Shown here: positions 27,438-35,349 of the stretch, one piece after another
How positions within the stretch are numbered: position 1 is the stretch's first letter
How the letters are laid out: each line of letters opens with the position of its first letter
DNA from: an uncultured Gammaproteobacteria bacterium
GTDB taxonomy: Bacteria > Patescibacteriota > Patescibacteriia > UBA11705 > DATKZF01
Reading direction: 5' to 3'
Assembly: GCA_964411255.1 (NCBI GenBank)
Contig: CAYPKD010000002.1
Location: 34,100-98,099, forward strand
DNA length: 64,000 nucleotides
Translations under genes and position numbers: made by a program
Notes under the pieces: generated by a model
What the model saw: only the letters and a program-made list of their open reading frames with translations
Database searches by the model: none
Told to the model about the DNA's origin: nothing

Positions 27438-28064
27438 TTATGATTTGGATGCGCTGCTTTTATTTTGCGTTTTGGTCTTTGGTACAAATTTACCATTTTT
27501 TATGTCAAAACGTTTAAATACAGATACTGTGCCTTCAATAACTTGATGCAAGCTTGATATAGCTTTTATAGCATCCTTGTGAGGATTTCTTCCACGGCCA
27601 TGAGCATACTTGTTTCGTAGTTTTGCAATTTTTGTAAATTGACTCTTAAGATCGTTTTCAATCACTTTAGTTGCAATTAATAGTTCTCTAACTGTTTCTA
27701 AGGGGATTTGTTCTAATTGCTTTCCTTGTTCTGCTGTGGGGGGGAGACCCATTTTACCTTTCCTAAATAGTATTGTAACTCTCAAAAGGTCTTGGGCAAT
27801 CCTTTCTGCGGTTATTCCGCACATAACAACACAAGAATAAAACTTTCCTTCTATATAAAGCTGTCTCGTCTCAAGTAGTATATTAGAATATCTCCCAGGA
27901 TGTGTCATTATAGCGGGGAGTTCTTTTGTTCTTTTTATAATATCATCAATATTTTTCTTAAATTCTTGTATTATGAACTCTTTATAATTTTCTTCTTCGC
28001 CTGGGATTTTTAATACATTTGGAGTTAGGTCTGTCCATACGTCGATTGTTTTTTTTCCTGGCAT
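27438..28064 (-). CDS. HEPN-motif protein (putative RNase / abortive-infection-like)
   Basis: AKLRNKYAHGRG contains the R-x4-H HEPN signature in a helical context. Confidence 0.45.
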   Translation of the reverse strand: MPGKKTIDVWTDLTPNVLKIPGEEENYKEFIIQEFKKNIDDIIKRTKELPAIMTHPGRYSNILLETRQLYIEGKFYSCVVMCGITAERIAQDLLRVTILFRKGKMGLPPTAEQGKQLEQIPLETVRELLIATKVIENDLKSQFTKIAKLRNKYAHGRGRNPHKDAIKAISSLHQVIEGTVSVFKRFDIKNGKFVPKTKTQNKSSASKS

Positions 28065-28069
28065 ATTTT

Positions 28070-28273
28070 TTATTTTTCAGTAAAACCCTTATTAATATAG
28101 TATTTTCTGAAAAAATCATCTGCGTCTTTTTTGGTTCCAAATTCATTTTTTGGAAAACCTACTTCTTGAACATCAATTTTACTGCCATTATTCAAATAAT
28201 TAAAGAGAGTACCAGCTGGTATCCATTTTTTTGATTTTTCTAATTGGTGAGATATTACTTTAAACTTTTTCAT
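28070..28273 (-). CDS. small protein upstream of HEPN gene
   Basis: 6 nt from HEPN gene start. Confidence 0.4.
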   Translation of the reverse strand: MKKFKVISHQLEKSKKWIPAGTLFNYLNNGSKIDVQEVGFPKNEFGTKKDADDFFRKYYINKGFTEK

Positions 28274-28825
28274 ATTTTGGAGTTATTATTGATTGACAAA
28301 TGAAATATTTATAGTAAAATATACTTGTCCCTTTGGGGCATTTATAATTAACTTTCAATTATATGAAAGCAATATTGAATGTCCCTGGCGCGTAACTTTT
28401 TTTAGAACTATGTCGCAGTGAGTGGCTGCGTTATAAACACTTTAAAACCATCGTTTCAATGAGGCTGCTAGCATCGGGGACAAAATATTCCTCACCTAAA
28501 GGAGGAAAGTAGCAGCGAATATGAAAAACTCTTGTATCAGCAGGAGCTGATAGTGATTTTCGTGGAGAAAACCACGTTAAAAATTTATCATTATCTGTAG
28601 TATTATTACGTAAGGCTTTGGGCAAAGGATCAGGCAGCTGATAATGCTTGGTTTTTTTGTTATTTTATTTAAAAACGTTCAGAAAAAAGATCTATCAAGA
28701 ACCTTGGAATTTCAGCAAACCATTCATCTGGATAAAGCCATGCTATCACAAACCAACATAGTATTACGATTATGAGCATGATAATAATTGCAAGAATAGT
28801 TAATAGTGTCTCTGTTAGCTTTTTT

Positions 28826-29377
28826 TTAATTTTTATATTTTTTTTCATAAGATCTATTATTATAATCAATTTGGTTTGAGATGAAGTTTTTCATTTCCTG
28901 GAACTGAATGTTGTCTATTCTTACAGGCTTGACAATTTGCCAGAAAGAAAAAAATATTGATAATGATAATGTTACGATTGTAATATACAAAGTATATTTT
29001 GCAATAATAATTGCTTTGATTGCATGTTTGTTTGCTTTTTTTGAAAATTCTCTAGCTTCTTTTAATTCAAGGTAATCAAGATATTTGAATTTTGAATCAT
29101 AGCTTATAATATATTTAGTTTTTTCACTATAAAAATATGGATCTGATTTTATACAATAGAATGGAGTATCATAATTTGAATATTTGCCTACTCTTTGTTT
29201 TTCTTTATTGCTGTTTGCGTTGTCGAGATACATTTTTACTAAATCCTCTTCCCACTTAGTTAACATAAAATCGTCATTTTTCATGATCGTATCATACGTA
29301 AATCCATCTTTATATTTTTCACAAAATTTTAACAATCGAATATAAAAGTCAGATGTCTCTTTTGAGTTTTTTGTCAT
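28826..29377 (-). CDS. hypothetical protein with C-terminal TM
   Basis: ORF. Confidence 0.4.
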   Translation of the reverse strand: MTKNSKETSDFYIRLLKFCEKYKDGFTYDTIMKNDDFMLTKWEEDLVKMYLDNANSNKEKQRVGKYSNYDTPFYCIKSDPYFYSEKTKYIISYDSKFKYLDYLELKEAREFSKKANKHAIKAIIIAKYTLYITIVTLSLSIFFSFWQIVKPVRIDNIQFQEMKNFISNQIDYNNRSYEKKYKN

Positions 29378-29444
29378 ATTGATTTGATACTAAACTTCAC
29401 TTGAATTTTAGCAGGTTTAGGTTATATGATCAATTTTAAACGGC

Positions 29445-29503
29445 TTGACAACATAAAAATGGTTTGATATAAAGAAATGTCGCTAAAGTAGCGAAAGGAG
29501 GTG
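29445..29503 (+). promoter_or_regulatory. cassette module B1
   Basis: ttgaca acataaaaatggtttga tataaagaaatgtcgctaaagtagcgaaaggaggtg. Confidence 0.65.
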
Positions 29504-29507
29504 TGAC

Positions 29508-29735
29508 ATGAGAATTGAAAGTAAGATTGCCTTATGCTGGATAGCTCTTTTTATAGCATGGCTTTCATTAATCATTTCTGGTCATTATTTTAGTGGAGAG
29601 TTGGGAGTAAAGCTGGCTATAACGGGAATAATCTTCGCCGTTGTCTGGTTTATTTCAGGAGTTAGTATTCTCTTAATTAGCTTATCTAGAGCTAGGACAA
29701 ATCAAACATTTGATCCATTTAGCCAATCCGTTTAG
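29508..29735 (+). CDS. cassette ORF B1, 75-aa two-TM protein
   Basis: SD-ATG spacing 5. Confidence 0.5.
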   Translation: MRIESKIALCWIALFIAWLSLIISGHYFSGELGVKLAITGIIFAVVWFISGVSILLISLSRARTNQTFDPFSQSV

Positions 29736-29756
29736 GAAATATCCTGAGCGGTTTTT
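29727..29756 (+). terminator. cassette terminator ccgtttaggaaatatcctgagcggttttt
   Basis: Variant of ccgcctaggaaaaatcctgggcgg hairpin. Confidence 0.5.
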
Positions 29757-29761
29757 GATTC

Positions 29762-29818
29762 TTGACAGACTGAAAATAGTTTGATATAAATAAGTATCGC
29801 TAATACGGCGAAAGGAGG
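29762..29818 (+). promoter_or_regulatory. cassette module B2
   Basis: ttgaca gactgaaaatagtttga tataaataagtatcgctaatacggcgaaaggagg. Confidence 0.65.
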
Positions 29819-29823
29819 TTGGG

Positions 29824-30237
29824 ATGACAAAAAAAGTCAATTTAATACTTGAATTTGTCTGCCTGGTTATTGCTTTTATAATAACATTTGGTTTCTATGC
29901 AGCAGGGAGATTGATTTCAGCTCAAGAGGCATTTGATTTTGTGCCGCTTGCCTTCGGCTCGGTTGGCTTCATTTTTAGCTTTTGGGTTTGGAGCAAGATC
30001 TCTCAGATTTCAGAAAAAAATAATTCAGCAGATAGGTTGCAAGCGGGAGTGCCGCTTATTATTACTCTAAGCACTGCGGCTGGCATGCTGATCGGATTGG
30101 TCGCCTGCAGGGCGGCAATTAATATGGGAGCACATTTAGCAATTGGCATCATCCTGCCAGTAGCCGGGATTGTCTTGGGCATGGCCCTTGGATTGCGAAT
30201 TAGATCTATTCTGTTAAAAAAAAGTGTTAATCTATAA
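29824..30237 (+). CDS. cassette ORF B2, 137-aa four-TM protein
   Basis: Hydrophobic helices. Confidence 0.5.
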   Translation: MTKKVNLILEFVCLVIAFIITFGFYAAGRLISAQEAFDFVPLAFGSVGFIFSFWVWSKISQISEKNNSADRLQAGVPLIITLSTAAGMLIGLVACRAAINMGAHLAIGIILPVAGIVLGMALGLRIRSILLKKSVNL

Positions 30238-30240
30238 TTC

Positions 30241-30264
30241 AAGCACTCCATTGAGTGCTTTTTG
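30241..30264 (+). terminator. cassette terminator type 2 (gcactccattgagtgc + T5)
   Basis: Same hairpin at 31455-31477. Confidence 0.55.
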
Positions 30265-30269
30265 TATTC

Positions 30270-30326
30270 TTGACACCCTGAAAATGGTTTGATATAAATA
30301 AATATCTCCAAGGCAGCGGAAAGGAT
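30270..30326 (+). promoter_or_regulatory. cassette module B3
   Basis: ttgaca ccctgaaaatggtttga tataaataaatatctccaaggcagcggaaagga. Confidence 0.65.
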
Positions 30327-30333
30327 GTGTGTT

Positions 30334-30531
30334 ATGAGTAGTAGTCAGCAAAGGGAAGAAATGATTCAGATTTTTGATTGTTTTGCGTCGTCTAAGTGGA
30401 GAGGGGGCATGTGTGATCATATTTGCAGCCGATGTGCCTATGCGGGAAACAGGAGATGGGTTCTAAAAAAAGAGTGGCAGAAATATGCTAACCGATACCC
30501 AACTGATTTTGATGACTTTGATAATTGCTAG
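30334..30531 (+). CDS. cassette ORF B3, 65-aa Cys-rich protein (possible zinc ribbon)
   Basis: CDHICSRCAYAGN...C; alternative start 30325. Confidence 0.45.
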   Translation: MSSSQQREEMIQIFDCFASSKWRGGMCDHICSRCAYAGNRRWVLKKEWQKYANRYPTDFDDFDNC

Positions 30532-30552
30532 GAATATGATGAAAAATTAACT

Positions 30553-30582
30553 TGCTTGGAAAGAATCCTGGGCGGTTTTTTA
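30553..30582 (+). terminator. cassette terminator cttgcttggaaagaatcctgggcggtttttt
   Basis: Followed by three AAAACGCAAAA(G) motifs 30583-30630. Confidence 0.55.
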
Positions 30583-30632
30583 AACGCAAAAACGCAAAAT
30601 TTGACAATTGTATTAGTGAAAACGCAAAAGAT

Positions 30633-30691
30633 TTGACAAGCTAATATTATTTGATATAAATAAGTATCTCACAAACCAAACGAAAGGAGGT
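30633..30691 (+). promoter_or_regulatory. cassette module B4 (16-nt spacer)
   Basis: ttgaca agctaatattatttga tataaataagtatctcacaaaccaaacgaaaggaggtg. Confidence 0.6.
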
Positions 30692-30696
30692 GCGGC

Positions 30697-31023
30697 ATGG
30701 AAGCAGAAGTAATAGAAATCAATGGGGCATCCATGATTGATAAAACTTTTGCAGAAATATTAGAAACAATAGTCCAGAGAGTTCGGGAAGCCTCAGGAGA
30801 GAAAATAGTTGTTTCTTTGGAAATAGGTCTTTATAAATTCTTAGCTGATACTGCGGGTAGAAGGCTATGTTCAGGAGGTGTATTAGATGGAGCTCCACTG
30901 GGGCTGATTCAATGGCTTAAGGATTTATGTAGAGATGAAGGATTATCGGTCAATGTGGGGTATGCATGGCATGGTGAATTTCGCGATCGCTTTAAAAAGT
31001 GTCTTACATTCGAAAAAATCTGA
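30697..31023 (+). CDS. cassette ORF B4, 108 aa
   Basis: SD-ATG spacing 5. Confidence 0.5.
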   Translation: MEAEVIEINGASMIDKTFAEILETIVQRVREASGEKIVVSLEIGLYKFLADTAGRRLCSGGVLDGAPLGLIQWLKDLCRDEGLSVNVGYAWHGEFRDRFKKCLTFEKI

Positions 31024-31047
31024 CTTGAATATTCATGTATTTACTAA

Positions 31048-31077
31048 TCCGCCTAGGAAAAATCCTGGGCGGTTTTT
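31048..31077 (+). terminator. cassette terminator ccgcctaggaaaaatcctgggcggttttt
   Basis: 9-bp stem, T5. Confidence 0.6.
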
Positions 31078-31081
31078 ATCC

Positions 31082-31136
31082 TTGACAATCTGAAAATGGT
31101 TTGATATAAATAATTATTGCTAAGACGGTGAAAGGA
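31082..31136 (+). promoter_or_regulatory. cassette module B5
   Basis: ttgaca atctgaaaatggtttga tataaataattattgctaagacggtgaaagga. Confidence 0.65.
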
Positions 31137-31144
31137 TGTGCGGC

Positions 31145-31438
31145 ATGAGGGACAAAAAGCGAAAGCCGCCGGCACATGTGGTTATTCTTGACATGTTGAA
31201 GTATGAGCTGCAACGTGCTAGGGATATCAGTGAGGTCGGCCCAAAGACAAAGTTGACGCAACAGTTTTCTGATGTGAGACTTTTACTCATTGCATTAGGA
31301 AGAATGTTTATTCCAAAAAGATCTAAAGCAAAGGTAATGCGGGGACTTCAAAGACTCAAATCCATGTGTACGCCTAAAATGCATCAAGGCAATGAAATGC
31401 TCGAAGTAGCAATCAAGCGCATCGAGGAGGATTATTAG
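31145..31438 (+). CDS. cassette ORF B5, ~97-aa basic protein
   Basis: ATG 31145 (MRDKKRK) preferred; alternative 31136. Confidence 0.45.
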   Translation: MRDKKRKPPAHVVILDMLKYELQRARDISEVGPKTKLTQQFSDVRLLLIALGRMFIPKRSKAKVMRGLQRLKSMCTPKMHQGNEMLEVAIKRIEEDY

Positions 31439-31454
31439 TTGTATTAATTGTTAA

Positions 31455-31477
31455 CGCACTCCACTGAGTGCTTTTTT
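31455..31477 (+). terminator. cassette terminator type 2 (gcactccactgagtgc + T6)
   Basis: Followed by decayed promoter-like gtatccttgttttctg. Confidence 0.55.
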
Positions 31478-31630
31478 GTATCCTTGTTTTCTGTAGGAAT
31501 TTATGTTAAAATTTACACAATCTTTCCTTATTAAGAGGGCTTAAGAAGTCTTGATAAGGCTTAAGAAGGCAAAGGAGGGCTGAAGGAAGGGAAAGATGAT
31601 TAGATATTATCGTTTATGAAAAATATTAGA

Positions 31631-31665
31631 AGCTTTTGTCGTCCTTCGCATAAGGCTTCGGACGA
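31631..31665 (+). promoter_or_regulatory. hairpin ttgtcgtccttcgcataaggcttcggacgacaa in lepA leader
   Basis: Same gtcgtcc...ggacgac stem as repeats at 52895 and 53328. Confidence 0.4.
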
Positions 31666-31681
31666 CAAGTATAATTAATTT

Positions 31682-33535
31682 ATGGAAAAGATTCGCAATT
31701 TTTGCATTATCGCTCATATAGATCATGGGAAATCAACTCTTGCTGATCGACTTTTGGAATTAACCGGAACTGTTGAAAAACGGAAAATGAAAGAACAGCT
31801 TTTAGATACAATGGAGCTTGAAAGGGAGCGGGGGATTACTATTAAATTGCAGCCAGCACAAATGAAGTATAAAGAATATATTCTAAATCTTATTGACACG
31901 CCTGGTCATGTTGATTTTACTTATGAAGTTTCGAGATCCTTAGCAGCAGTTGAAGGTGCTATTTTATTAGTAGATGCAACTCAGGGTGTTCAGGCGCAGA
32001 CATTGAGTAACTTATATTTAGCATTGGATGCTGATTTGGAAATTATTCCAGTATTAAATAAAATCGATTTGCCTGCAGCCAATGTTGAAAAAGTAAAGAA
32101 CGAAATTGTAAATTTGCTTGGCTGTAATGAAGATGAAATATTGGCAGTTTCAGCAAAGACAGGGAAGGGTGTTGAGGCTGTTTTGGATAAAGTGGTTGAA
32201 AAAGTCCCTGCTCCGGCCTTCGCTAAAGCTACGGCCGGCAGGCCAAAGGGAAATGTTGATGAAAATTTACAGGCTTTGATTTTTGATTCTTTTTATGATG
32301 AATATAAAGGGGTGGTGGCTTATTGCAGAATTGTAAATGGTAAGATTTCTAAAAATGACGAAATTTTATTTATGGCGCCAAATAAAAAGAGTGAATCTCT
32401 TGATGTTGGCGTGTTAAAGCCTGATATGAATTCAATTGATGAATTAAAAGCTGGGGATATTGGATATATTATTACAGGACTGAAAGACCTTGAGCTTTGT
32501 AAAGTAGGTGATACCATTACTTTAGCAAAAAATCCTGCTGATAAGCCATTGCCAGGCTATCAGGAAGTGAAGCCAATGGTTTATGCTGGAATATTTTGTA
32601 AAGAAGGTTCTGATTTTAATGATTTGCGGGATGCCATTTATAAATTAAAATTAAATGATGCTGCTTTAGTTTATGAACCTGAAACTTCACCAGTTCTGGG
32701 ATTGGGATTTAGATGTGGGTTTTTAGGCCTTTTACATTTAGAAATATTTCAGGAAAGATTAAGGCGAGAGTTTGATTTGGATATTATTGTCACTGTACCA
32801 AGTGTTGCATTTAAAGTTGTTTTAAAAGAGAATGCTAAGATTCCAAAAGAAGTAAAGCCAGAACAAATGATTTCTGACAGGGAATATATAATAAATAATC
32901 CAAATGATTTGCCTGATCCAACTGTGTATGAGCGAATTGAAGAACCGATTATGAAAGTAGATATTGTCTGCCCAAAAGATTATATTGGTAATGTAATGGA
33001 ATTGGTTACAGATAAAAGGGGAGAGTATTTGAATACGGAATATGTTGATGATGAAATGACAATTTTGCATTATCAAATGCCCTTAGCAAAGGTGATTGTG
33101 GACTTTTATGATCAATTAAAAACAGTTAGTTCAGGATATGCGTCATTAAATTATGATTTTGAAAAATATGAGCCAACAGATGTGGTTAAGCTTGATGTAT
33201 TGGTGGCTGAAGAAAAAGTTGATGCCTTTTCAACCATTGTATATAAAGACGAATCGTTTCGGGTTGGTAAAAAGATAGTTAAAGCTTTAAAAGACGTTAT
33301 ACCGCGTCAGATGTTTGTGATAAAATTGCAGGCAGCAGTAGGTGGTAAAATTATTGCTGGAGAAAGAATTTCTGCAATGCGAAAAGATGTGACTGCCAAA
33401 TTGTATGGCGGTGACTGGACCAGACGGCAAAAGCTTTTAGAAAAGCAGAAAAAGGGAAAGAAAAAGATGATGGAAATGGGTAAAGGAAAGGTGAATATTC
33501 CGCCAGAGGCGTTTATTGCGGTTTTGAAGCGGTGA
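31682..33535 (+). CDS. lepA: translation elongation factor 4 (LepA)
   Basis: FCIIAHIDHGKSTLADRLL, DTPGHVDF, NKIDL GTPase motifs plus LepA C-terminal domain. Confidence 0.92.
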   Translation: MEKIRNFCIIAHIDHGKSTLADRLLELTGTVEKRKMKEQLLDTMELERERGITIKLQPAQMKYKEYILNLIDTPGHVDFTYEVSRSLAAVEGAILLVDATQGVQAQTLSNLYLALDADLEIIPVLNKIDLPAANVEKVKNEIVNLLGCNEDEILAVSAKTGKGVEAVLDKVVEKVPAPAFAKATAGRPKGNVDENLQALIFDSFYDEYKGVVAYCRIVNGKISKNDEILFMAPNKKSESLDVGVLKPDMNSIDELKAGDIGYIITGLKDLELCKVGDTITLAKNPADKPLPGYQEVKPMVYAGIFCKEGSDFNDLRDAIYKLKLNDAALVYEPETSPVLGLGFRCGFLGLLHLEIFQERLRREFDLDIIVTVPSVAFKVVLKENAKIPKEVKPEQMISDREYIINNPNDLPDPTVYERIEEPIMKVDIVCPKDYIGNVMELVTDKRGEYLNTEYVDDEMTILHYQMPLAKVIVDFYDQLKTVSSGYASLNYDFEKYEPTDVVKLDVLVAEEKVDAFSTIVYKDESFRVGKKIVKALKDVIPRQMFVIKLQAAVGGKIIAGERISAMRKDVTAKLYGGDWTRRQKLLEKQKKGKKKMMEMGKGKVNIPPEAFIAVLKR

Positions 33536-33536
33536 T

Positions 33537-34112
33537 ATGATATTAAAATTTGATCGAAAATTAAATAGAATGCCCAGGTATGATTATTCTCAACCTGGGT
33601 ATTATTTTGTAACGATTTGTACGAAAGATGGTACAGAATTTTTCGGTGAGATAAAAGATGAAAAAATGAATATGAATGAATATGGAGAGATTGTATTTAA
33701 ATATTGGAATCAAATACCAGAATATTATAAAAATGTTTGTATTGATAAATTTATTATAATGCCAAATCATTTGCATGCAATAATTATTATCAATGATGTC
33801 GGGAGGGTAGGGACAGAATACTATTCTGTCCCTACGGCCAATACAAATAAATTAAATACCGACCTCATTGATGAAAAACCATCTTATGGATTATTATCAA
33901 ATATAATAAAATCATCAAAAAGAGAAAGTACGATTTGTATAAGAAAATATTTGAAAGATTATGATTTTCAATGGCAACGATCATTCCATGACCATATAAT
34001 AAGGGATGAAGATGATTTGGCACGAATTCGGCAATATATAAAAGATAATTCATGTAAATGGCATTTGGATAGGAATAATCCTGAAAATATTAATAAAAAA
34101 GCCCACATTTGA
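33537..34112 (+). mobile_element. IS200-like Y1 (HUH) transposase, REP-associated tyrosine transposase (RAYT)-like
   Basis: YYFVTICT, MPNHLHAII (HuH), C-terminal RQYIKDN Tyr; starts 2 nt after lepA stop; contains REP palindrome in frame. Confidence 0.7.
33807..33835. repeat. REP palindrome gtagggacagaatactattctgtccctac (inside RAYT CDS)
   Basis: Same arms as copies at 59671 and 61428. Confidence 0.7.
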
Positions 34113-34126
34113 GTGGGTTTTTATTG

Positions 34127-34966
34127 TTATTGTTGAAGTTCTACTTTATCAATTGTTTCTCCGTCTATATCTTTTCCAAAAACAAATTTCCGAGCACCTT
34201 GAGCATCATACATCTTTTGTGAAAGATAGATGATCGTATTACCGTCTTCATTACCAAAATTGTGTGCAGTGAATCTTAGGGAGGCTCTAATTGCCTGAAT
34301 GAAAGTAGCTAAATGAGTTTCGCCGTTAGAGCTTACCATCTCATGCCAGCTGGCTAAAACATTTTTCCCAAGAGGATCATTTTTATCAAATTCAATTACC
34401 ACAGCATAGGACATGTTATGCGATTGATTAAGCATCCAAGTCATTAATCTTTTTGCAAAGTTAGTACCATCCTGAGCATCTGCAATGAACCCTTTTATTG
34501 CACCCATTTGTTGATCTGTTATTCCATTACCTTGTTTTTGAACTATGTGTCCAGTTTCAACCATCTCACGGATTTCTCTGGGCATATTGAATTGCCCAGT
34601 TTCTACATGTTCAATGAATGGATCAATTGGAGGGAAATAGAATGAAAAGCTTCCATGATTTGACAATAAAGAGTATTGTCCAGTAAAGAGACCATCCCAA
34701 TTTGTATTTGCTGAATCGAATCCAAATTTACTTAAGACAATTTTTTTACATTTTGGTGTTAACCTTCCATAAATAAACCATTCGTTTTCAGATCGGTATA
34801 TTGTACCAAGAAGATATACCTCGACCTTTAGGAATTTAGTGCATGAAAAGGTACGCTCCAAAGAAAAATAAAGTATCTTTTTATTGGCAACACCTTCTAA
34901 AATGAAGTCCCATTTTCCAGGTCCTTTTCTGATTGGATAGGTTGCTGGAATCAGTTGGATTGTCAT
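34127..34966 (-). CDS. hypothetical protein (~280 aa)
   Basis: Start at ATG 34966 (RBS ggaggtg); longer call extends into non-genic DNA. Confidence 0.5.
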   Translation of the reverse strand: MTIQLIPATYPIRKGPGKWDFILEGVANKKILYFSLERTFSCTKFLKVEVYLLGTIYRSENEWFIYGRLTPKCKKIVLSKFGFDSANTNWDGLFTGQYSLLSNHGSFSFYFPPIDPFIEHVETGQFNMPREIREMVETGHIVQKQGNGITDQQMGAIKGFIADAQDGTNFAKRLMTWMLNQSHNMSYAVVIEFDKNDPLGKNVLASWHEMVSSNGETHLATFIQAIRASLRFTAHNFGNEDGNTIIYLSQKMYDAQGARKFVFGKDIDGETIDKVELQQ

Positions 34967-35123
34967 AACGACACCTCCATGAAAAGAACTGTGCTTAAAG
35001 CAGTGCAAGCACAAAACACCCATACCCGCCAGAGGCGGACGACCTGCCATAACGGCCAGGGATTTATAGGATTGTATAGATGATTCTTCTTTTTGTCAAT
35101 TGCTAAAAAAAAGCAAATAAAAA

Positions 35124-35197
35124 AATGATGTCATTTTGTATGGACTGAATAATATTCTGTCCATACAAGCAATAATTTACTTATACGTGACATCATT
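35124..35197. repeat. REP variant gtatggactgaataatattctgtccatac nested in 10-bp outer inverted repeat aatgatgtca/tgacatcatt
   Basis: Compensatory G>T / C>A change in stem relative to other REP copies. Confidence 0.6.
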
Positions 35198-35349
35198 TTT
35201 AATAAAAAGCCGGCGCAACTGTCCACATTACAAGTGACAGCATAATTATTACGATAACTATTGCCCAAACTAGGCGTTGTTTTTGTCTTTGATTCATAGT
35301 AAAATGATTAGTACATGGATTCTGAATCCTGAATCTTGAATCCTAAGTC

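Noticed and set aside
28669-28869. 66-aa ORF overlapping the start of 28826..29377
   Set aside because: Overlaps neighbour by 44 nt in another frame with no independent support; left unannotated.
19925-31500. Integron-type cassette array
   Set aside because: No integrase, cassettes carry their own promoters, and the boundaries are promoter/terminator modules rather than attC-like imperfect palindromes. Retained instead as a distinct cassette-like system in findings.
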